Source: Burkholderiales bacterium
Lineage (GTDB): Bacteria; Pseudomonadota; Gammaproteobacteria; Burkholderiales; Burkholderiaceae_C
Reading direction: 5' to 3'
DNA: 32,113 bases
Assembly: GCA_038221635.1 (NCBI GenBank)
Contig: JBBRID010000001.1
Span: 1 to 32,113 of the forward strand
The translations under genes and the position numbers were made by a program. Positions 26,256-32,113 of the stretch are shown here, one piece after another. Position 1 is the first letter of the stretch. Each line of letters opens with the position of its first letter. The notes beneath the pieces are model-generated. The model did no database searches, was not told the DNA's origin, and saw only the letters and a list, made by a program, of their open reading frames with translations.

Positions 26256-29200
26256 ATGCCCAACCCCGCCTATCTTCGCCATCCCGGCCTGCACGGCGAC
26301 AAGCTGGTTTTTGTCAGCGATGACGACTTGTGGCTGGCCAGTACCGAAGGGGGCCCGGCACAGCGCCTGTCCGCCGGCCTGTCCGAACCGTCGACGCCGT
26401 GTTTCTCCGACGACGGACGCTGGATTGCCTACGTCAGCCGCGACGAGCATCACCCTGAAGTCCATCTGCTGGCGATCGACGGCGGCCAGTCGAAGCGGCT
26501 GACATGGCTCGGCCCCGATGTGATGGTTCGCGGCTGGACGCCGAAAGGCCACATCCTGTTCGTGACGACCCAGGGCCAGCCGTTTTTCCGCAACTACCGC
26601 GCCCACACCATCGATCCGGCCGGCGGCCTGCCGCAATTGCTGGAGATCGGACAGGTCAACCACCTGTCCTACGACCGTCATCATCCGAGCCATCGCCGGG
26701 TGATCGGCCGCAATACCGCCGACCCAGCACGCTGGAAACGCTACCGCGGCGGCACCGCCGGCCACCTCTGGGTCGACGAGGGAGGCAGTGGCCAGTTCCG
26801 CAGGCTCGCCCTGGCCGGCAACATCACCAGCCCGATGTGGCTGGGCGAACGGATTTACTATCTGTCCGATGCGCAAGGCATCGGCAACCTGTATTCATGC
26901 CGACCCGACGGTGACGACGTCCAGCGCCACACCGATCACGATGCGTTTTACGCGCGCCATGCGCAGACCGACGGCAAGCGCATCGTCTACCAGCACGCCG
27001 CCGACTTGTGGTTGTTCGATCCGAGCGACGACAGCACGCGGCGCCTCGCAATCGAGCTGACGGGGCATCGCAGCCAGGGCGCGCGGCGCTTCGTGAAGGC
27101 GGCCGACAACCTGCGTGGCGTCGCGCTGCACCCGCAAGGTCACAGTCTGGCGCTCGATGTGCGCGGCAAGCTGTTCACGATGCCGCTGTGGGAAGGCGCG
27201 GTGCGCCAGCAAGGCCCGGCTGATGGTGCGCGTCTGAGCCATGGCCACTGGCTGGCCGATGGCCGCACGCTGATCGTCGTCAGCGATGGCAGCGGCGAAG
27301 AGCAGCTCGAGATCCACATCGACGGCGAGCGCCATCCCCTGCCCGGTGACATCGGCCGCATCACCGCCCTGCGCGCAGCGCCGCACGGTCGACGCGTGGC
27401 GCTGGCCAATCACCGCAACGAGTTGTGGCTGGTCGATCTCGATCAGGCACCCGACAGCCACCGTGACGGCGCGGTGTTCAGCCGCATCGACCACAGCAAC
27501 GCCGGACGCTGCGAGGATCTGGCGTGGTCGCCCGACGGCCACTGGCTGGCCTATTCGATTGCCACCAGCCTGCGCCACCGCGCGATCAAGCTGCATCGCC
27601 TGGAAGACGGCCGCCAGACACTGCTGACCCGCCCCGAATACCACGACAGCGCGCCCGCTTTCGACCCCTCGGGCCGCTTCCTGTATTTCCTGTCGGTTCG
27701 CACCTTCGATCCGGTCTACGACGCGGTGCAGTTCGAACTCAGTTTTCCGCGCGCTGTGCGGCCTTATCTGATCGCGCTGCAGGCCGAGGGTCGGTCTCCA
27801 TTCGACCCGGTGCCGAAAGGCATGCAGGACGCGAACGACGACAGCCCGACCGACAAGGCCAACGCCAAAACGGCGCACCTGTCGCCCGCTGAGAAGGTTG
27901 CGCCGCTGGTCGTCGATCTGGCTGGCATCGCGGATCGCGTTGCCGCCTTTCCGGTCGCCGAAGATCGCTACGGACAAATCGCCGGCGTGGCCGCGGGCAA
28001 GGTCGTGTGGACCGTCCTGCCGATTATCGGCGCGCATGGGCGCGGTGGTCACGCCGATGCGACTGGCCGGCTCGAGCTGTTCGACTTTGCGACTGGTCGG
28101 GCCGAGACCATGATCGACAAGGCGGACGGCTTCACACTGTCGGCCGACCACGGCACGCTGCTGGTGCGGCACGGCAAAAAACTGCGCGTGATCGCCGCCG
28201 ACCGCAAGCCCGCAGACGACGCGCAGGCCGACGGCAAGCCATCGCGCAAAAGTGGCTGGATCGACCTCGATCGGATCCGGGCCTCGCTGCAACCGCACGC
28301 CGAATGGTCACAGATGCTGCGCGAAGTGTGGCGGCTGCAACGCGACAATTTCTGGACCGCCGACCTGTCCGGCGTCGACTGGGATGCGGTCTGGCGCCAG
28401 TACTCGCCGCTGTTGGAGAAAATCACGACCCGAGCCGAGTTGTCGGACCTGATCTGGGAGATGCAGGGCGAACTCGGCACCTCGCACGCCTACGAGATGG
28501 GCGGCGACCACCGCAAGCCGCCGGCGGTTGGCCTGGGACAGCTCGCCGCCCAGTGGCGCTGGGCGGAAGGCGGCGCCGTCAAGCGCGCCAACGGAACGCC
28601 GGCCCTGCCGGCTGGCTACGAGATCACCGCCATTGTGCGAGGCGACACCTGGGATTCAAGTGCGGATTCGCCACTCAACGCGGTCGGCGTCGAGGCCAAA
28701 GTCGGCCAGCGCATCATCGCGGTCAATGGCCAGCCGGTGTCGCGTGAGGTTCCACCGCAGGCGCTGCTCGTCCACCAGGCCGGTAACAAGGTGGCGCTGA
28801 CGCTGGCCGGCGGTGGGCCGGACGGCACGGTCTGGCGGCGCGAGGTGGTGGCACAAGCTTTGAGCGACGATGTGCCGGCGCTGTACCGCGAATGGGTGGA
28901 AGGGCGGCGGCGCTGGGTTCACAACGAATCGGCCGGACGGGTCGGCTATCTGCACCTGCCCGACATGATGTCGGCTGGCTTTGCCGAGTTCCACCGCTAT
29001 TTTCTGACCGAATGTGATCGCGACGGTCTGATTGTCGATCTGCGCTACAACCGTGGCGGCCACGTGTCATCGCTGCTGCTTGAAAAGATTGCGCGGCGCC
29101 GCATTGGCTACTGCAAGTCGCGCTGGGGCCAGGTGCAGCCGTATCCCGAAGAGGCGGTTGCCGGGCCGGTGGTTGCGCTGGCCAACGAGCACTCGGGTTC

Positions 29201-29564
29201 GGACGGCGACATCTTCTCGCACGGCTTCAAGCTGATGGGCCTGGGCCCGCTGGTCGGCACCCGCACCTGGGGCGGCGTGATCGGAATCAATCCGCATCAT
29301 TCCCTGGTCGACGGCACCGAAACCACGCAGCCCGAATATGCATTCTGGTTCCGCGACGTTGGCTGGGGGGTGGAAAACTACGGCACCGATCCCGATGTCG
29401 TGGTGGACAACGCCCCGCAAGACGCCGCTGCAGGCCGCGACCTGCAGTTGCAAGTCGCGTTGAGCGAATGCTTACGGCTGATCGATTCCGGCGTCGCGGC
29501 AGGATCCAACTTCGGACCCCAACCGAAACTGACGCGCCAATCGCTGCCGCCGCGCCGGCCGTGA
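26256..29564 (+). CDS. Tricorn protease homolog (peptidase S41), no signal peptide
   Basis: YLRHP...FVSDDDLW, WKRYRGGTAG, propeller repeats (WSPDG, FDPSG), GELGTSHAY (His), PDZ-like region, GYLHLPDM, DLRYNRGG, GSDGD (Ser), GTRTWGG, TQPE, ENYG. AAAGGA upstream of ATG 26256. Confidence 0.93.
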   Translation: MPNPAYLRHPGLHGDKLVFVSDDDLWLASTEGGPAQRLSAGLSEPSTPCFSDDGRWIAYVSRDEHHPEVHLLAIDGGQSKRLTWLGPDVMVRGWTPKGHILFVTTQGQPFFRNYRAHTIDPAGGLPQLLEIGQVNHLSYDRHHPSHRRVIGRNTADPARWKRYRGGTAGHLWVDEGGSGQFRRLALAGNITSPMWLGERIYYLSDAQGIGNLYSCRPDGDDVQRHTDHDAFYARHAQTDGKRIVYQHAADLWLFDPSDDSTRRLAIELTGHRSQGARRFVKAADNLRGVALHPQGHSLALDVRGKLFTMPLWEGAVRQQGPADGARLSHGHWLADGRTLIVVSDGSGEEQLEIHIDGERHPLPGDIGRITALRAAPHGRRVALANHRNELWLVDLDQAPDSHRDGAVFSRIDHSNAGRCEDLAWSPDGHWLAYSIATSLRHRAIKLHRLEDGRQTLLTRPEYHDSAPAFDPSGRFLYFLSVRTFDPVYDAVQFELSFPRAVRPYLIALQAEGRSPFDPVPKGMQDANDDSPTDKANAKTAHLSPAEKVAPLVVDLAGIADRVAAFPVAEDRYGQIAGVAAGKVVWTVLPIIGAHGRGGHADATGRLELFDFATGRAETMIDKADGFTLSADHGTLLVRHGKKLRVIAADRKPADDAQADGKPSRKSGWIDLDRIRASLQPHAEWSQMLREVWRLQRDNFWTADLSGVDWDAVWRQYSPLLEKITTRAELSDLIWEMQGELGTSHAYEMGGDHRKPPAVGLGQLAAQWRWAEGGAVKRANGTPALPAGYEITAIVRGDTWDSSADSPLNAVGVEAKVGQRIIAVNGQPVSREVPPQALLVHQAGNKVALTLAGGGPDGTVWRREVVAQALSDDVPALYREWVEGRRRWVHNESAGRVGYLHLPDMMSAGFAEFHRYFLTECDRDGLIVDLRYNRGGHVSSLLLEKIARRRIGYCKSRWGQVQPYPEEAVAGPVVALANEHSGSDGDIFSHGFKLMGLGPLVGTRTWGGVIGINPHHSLVDGTETTQPEYAFWFRDVGWGVENYGTDPDVVVDNAPQDAAAGRDLQLQVALSECLRLIDSGVAAGSNFGPQPKLTRQSLPPRRP

Positions 29565-31253
29565 TCAGCCAGCCGCACCTGCGTCTTCGGCAATCCACTG
29601 CGCGGCGCGCTCGGCGATCATCAGGGTCGGCGAGTTGGTATTGCCGCTGGTGATGGTCGGCATGATGCCGGCATCGGCGATGCGCAGGCCGCGTACGCCG
29701 TGCACCTTCAGGCGGGCGTCGACCACCGCCATCGGATCCTGGCTCGGACCCATCTTGGTGGTGCCCACCGGGTGGAAGATCGTGGTGCCGATGTCGCCGG
29801 CCAGCTTGGCCAGGTCGGCGTCGCTCTCGAATTCGACGCCCGGCTTCACCTCCCGCGGCCGGTAACGCTGCAGCGCGGGCTGGGCGACGATGTTGCGGGT
29901 GACTCGCAGTGACTGCGCGGCAATCAGGCGGTCGGCCTCGCTGCGCAGGTAGTTCGGCGCAATGCTCGGCGCATCGTCCAGGCTGGCCGAGCGCAGGCGC
30001 ACCGTGCCGCGGCTGGTCGGATTGAGGTTGCAGACGCTGGCGGTGAAAGCGTCATAACGGTGCAATGGCTGGCCGAAGGCGTCGAGCGACAAGGGCTGCA
30101 CGTGGTATTGCAGGTTGGGATGGGCGCGTGCCGGATCGCTGCGCGTGAAGGCACCGAGCTGCGACGGCGCCATGCTCATCGGTCCGCTGCGCGACATCAG
30201 GTATTCGAGGCCGATCTTGGCCTTGCCCCAGGCCGTGTTCGCGATGCTGTTCAAGGTCGGCACGCCTTCGACCGCGAACACCGCTCGGATCTGCAGGTGA
30301 TCCTGCAGGTTCTCGCCGACCCCGGGCAAGATCAGCTGCGGCTTGATGGCGTGTTGTTGAAGCAGCGGCGCCGGCCCGATGCCCGAACGTTGCAACAGCG
30401 TCGGCGTGCCGATCGCACCGGTACACATCACGACCTCGCCGGTCGCGCGCAACTGGAGCAATTCGGTGCCGCGCGGTGGCACCACTTCGACACCGCCCAC
30501 CGTCACACCGCCATCGGTCGACAGCGCATCGTCGAACAGCAGGCGCACGACCGTTGCGCCGGTCCAGACCTTCAGATTGGGTCGATGTTGTACCGGGCGC
30601 AGAAAGGCCTTGGTCGCATTCCAGCGGATGCCGGCCTTCTGGTTGACCTCGAAATAACCGACCCCTTCGTTGTCGCCGCGGTTGAAGTCGTCGCTGCGTG
30701 GCAGGCCGGCCTGGTGCGCTGCCTCGGCAAAGGCGTCGAGGATCTCCCACTTCAGGCGCTGCCGCTCGACCCGCCATTCGCCGCCACGCCGTCGGCCGGT
30801 GGCATCAAAACCCGGCGCGGCGTGAAATTCATTGGCGCCGCGGAAATGGTCTTCATGCGCCATGAAGTGCGGCAGGCATTCGGCCCAGCTCCAGCCCGGA
30901 TTGGCGCCATGGCCATCGCCGGCGCCCCAGCCGTCGTAATCGCGCCCTTGGCCGCGCATGTAGATCATGCCGTTGATGCTGGAGCAGCCGCCGAGCAGCT
31001 TGCCGCGCGGATAAATGAGGCTGCGTCCGTTCAAGCCAGGATCGGGATCGGTCTTGAACAACCAGTCGGTGCGCGGATTGCCGATGCAATACAGATACCC
31101 GACCGGTACATGGACCCAGAAATAGCGATCGGTGCCGCCGGCCTCGAGCAGCAGCACGCGCTTGCTCGGATCGGCGCTGAGCCGGTTGGCGATCAGGCAA
31201 CCCGCGGTGCCAGCCCCGCAGACGATGTAGTCGAAGGTCGTCTCGTCACTCAT
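29565..31253 (-). CDS. GMC family oxidoreductase (choline dehydrogenase-like)
   Basis: GAGTAG FAD motif, RGKLLGGCSSINGMIYMRG, GENLQDH, FHPVGT, GNTNSP. Substrate cannot be assigned from motifs. Confidence 0.93.
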   Translation of the reverse strand: MSDETTFDYIVCGAGTAGCLIANRLSADPSKRVLLLEAGGTDRYFWVHVPVGYLYCIGNPRTDWLFKTDPDPGLNGRSLIYPRGKLLGGCSSINGMIYMRGQGRDYDGWGAGDGHGANPGWSWAECLPHFMAHEDHFRGANEFHAAPGFDATGRRRGGEWRVERQRLKWEILDAFAEAAHQAGLPRSDDFNRGDNEGVGYFEVNQKAGIRWNATKAFLRPVQHRPNLKVWTGATVVRLLFDDALSTDGGVTVGGVEVVPPRGTELLQLRATGEVVMCTGAIGTPTLLQRSGIGPAPLLQQHAIKPQLILPGVGENLQDHLQIRAVFAVEGVPTLNSIANTAWGKAKIGLEYLMSRSGPMSMAPSQLGAFTRSDPARAHPNLQYHVQPLSLDAFGQPLHRYDAFTASVCNLNPTSRGTVRLRSASLDDAPSIAPNYLRSEADRLIAAQSLRVTRNIVAQPALQRYRPREVKPGVEFESDADLAKLAGDIGTTIFHPVGTTKMGPSQDPMAVVDARLKVHGVRGLRIADAGIMPTITSGNTNSPTLMIAERAAQWIAEDAGAAG

Positions 31254-31265
31254 CGGCGAGGCCCG

Positions 31266-31919
31266 TCAACGCCGCATCGAACCGAGGATCGGGAACAGCT
31301 GCCCAAGGCCGTCGGCCAGCAGTTCAACCGCGACGGCAGCCAGGATCAAACCCATCAGCCGCGTCATGATGTTGATGCCGGTGGTGCCGAGTGCGCGCGC
31401 GATGCGTCCCGCAGCAGAAAAAACCAGCCAGGTCACGACGCCGACCACCACGCCGTAGCCGACCAGCACCGCCAGCTCCCACCATTGGCGGGTCTTGTCG
31501 GCATAGATCACCATCGTCGAAATCGTCGCCGGGCCGGTCAACAGCGGAATCGTCAGCGGGACGACCGCGACGCTGGCGCCGGCACTGACCTTGGAATGGC
31601 CTTCGCGGACATCCTCGGGCCGTGTATCCGCCGGCTGCGCGTTCAGCATCTGGATTGCCGAGATCAGCAGCAATATGCCGCCACCGGTCTGAAACGACGC
31701 CAGCGAGATACCGAAAAAGCCGATGATCTTCAAGCCGAACAGCGCGCTGACCGCAATCACGATGAATGCGCTGAACGACGACACACGCGCGGTGCGCTGC
31801 CGTTCCTGGCGCTCGAGGTTCTGCGTGAAATGGATGAAGAACGGCACGATGCCGATCGGGTTGACGATTGCCAGCAAGGTGACCAGCGGCTTGAAAATGT
31901 CCATCGACGGCGGGGTCAT
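31266..31919 (-). CDS. MarC family integral membrane protein (start 31919 or 31904)
   Basis: VNPIGIVPFF, GISLASFQTGGGILL, AVVPLTIPLLTGPATI, RLMGLILAAVAVE. Confidence 0.92.
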   Translation of the reverse strand: MTPPSMDIFKPLVTLLAIVNPIGIVPFFIHFTQNLERQERQRTARVSSFSAFIVIAVSALFGLKIIGFFGISLASFQTGGGILLLISAIQMLNAQPADTRPEDVREGHSKVSAGASVAVVPLTIPLLTGPATISTMVIYADKTRQWWELAVLVGYGVVVGVVTWLVFSAAGRIARALGTTGINIMTRLMGLILAAVAVELLADGLGQLFPILGSMRR

Positions 31920-32113
31920 GACAGCCCCTCGTCCGACGGGTACGGCGGCCGATCCCCCGAGGGGATGCGGGCCGGCTTGGGAGCGGCCCGGCGCTCGGCC
32001 CACGACAGCCCCTCGTCCGACGGGTACGGCGGCCGATCCCCCGAGGGGATGCGGGCCGGCTTGGGAGCGGCCCGGCGCTCGGCCCACGACAGCCCCTCGT
32101 CCGACGAGTACGG
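31920..32113. repeat. 84-bp tandem repeat of a palindromic element, 2 full copies plus a partial third cut by the window edge
   Basis: Units start at 31920, 32004 and 32088. First two are identical; the third has one change (32107). Internal hairpins ATCCCC-CGA-GGGGAT and GGGCCG-N9-CGGCCC. No spacers. Confidence 0.95.

Noticed and set aside
29565-31253. Gene symbol betA
   Set aside because: GMC motifs are generic and there is no betB or betI context, so the substrate cannot be assigned.
31920-32113. CRISPR array
   Set aside because: Units are contiguous 84-bp copies with no unique spacers, and no cas genes are in the window.
1-32113. Prophage, integrase, IS transposase, tRNA or rRNA genes
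   Set aside because: None recognised on either strand.

Overview
High-GC bacterial chromosomal window. Gene content and synteny (rsmB-DUF4390-ntrY, Burkholderiales-style palindromic repeats) suggest a Betaproteobacterium of the Rubrivivax/Comamonadaceae type; this is an inference. From left to right it holds: partial NtrY-like kinase, DUF4390, rsmB; a divergent folE + stand-alone BLUF pair; lemA, acetoacetate-CoA ligase and a peroxiredoxin-like gene; a peptide ABC transporter (two tandem binding proteins divergent from two permeases and a fused ATPase); a GTAG-type REP doublet; an unannotated 308-aa protein with anthrax-EF/ExoY (class II nucleotidyl cyclase) catalytic motifs next to an HDOD gene; a candidate ~150-nt structured sRNA; an OmpR-type two-component pair divergent from an ECF sigma factor with no adjacent anti-sigma; RidA, a degenerate DUF6602-like protein and a thioredoxin; a LytS kinase + LytS pseudokinase + LytTR triad; tricorn protease; GMC oxidoreductase; MarC; and an 84-bp tandem repeat running off the right edge. 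The best leads are the orphan ExoY/EF-like cyclase, a palindromic insert that bridges two ABC genes with a TGATG-coupled mini-ORF, the sRNA candidate, the kinase/pseudokinase triad and folE-BLUF. All family assignments come from motif recognition by eye; no searches were run.
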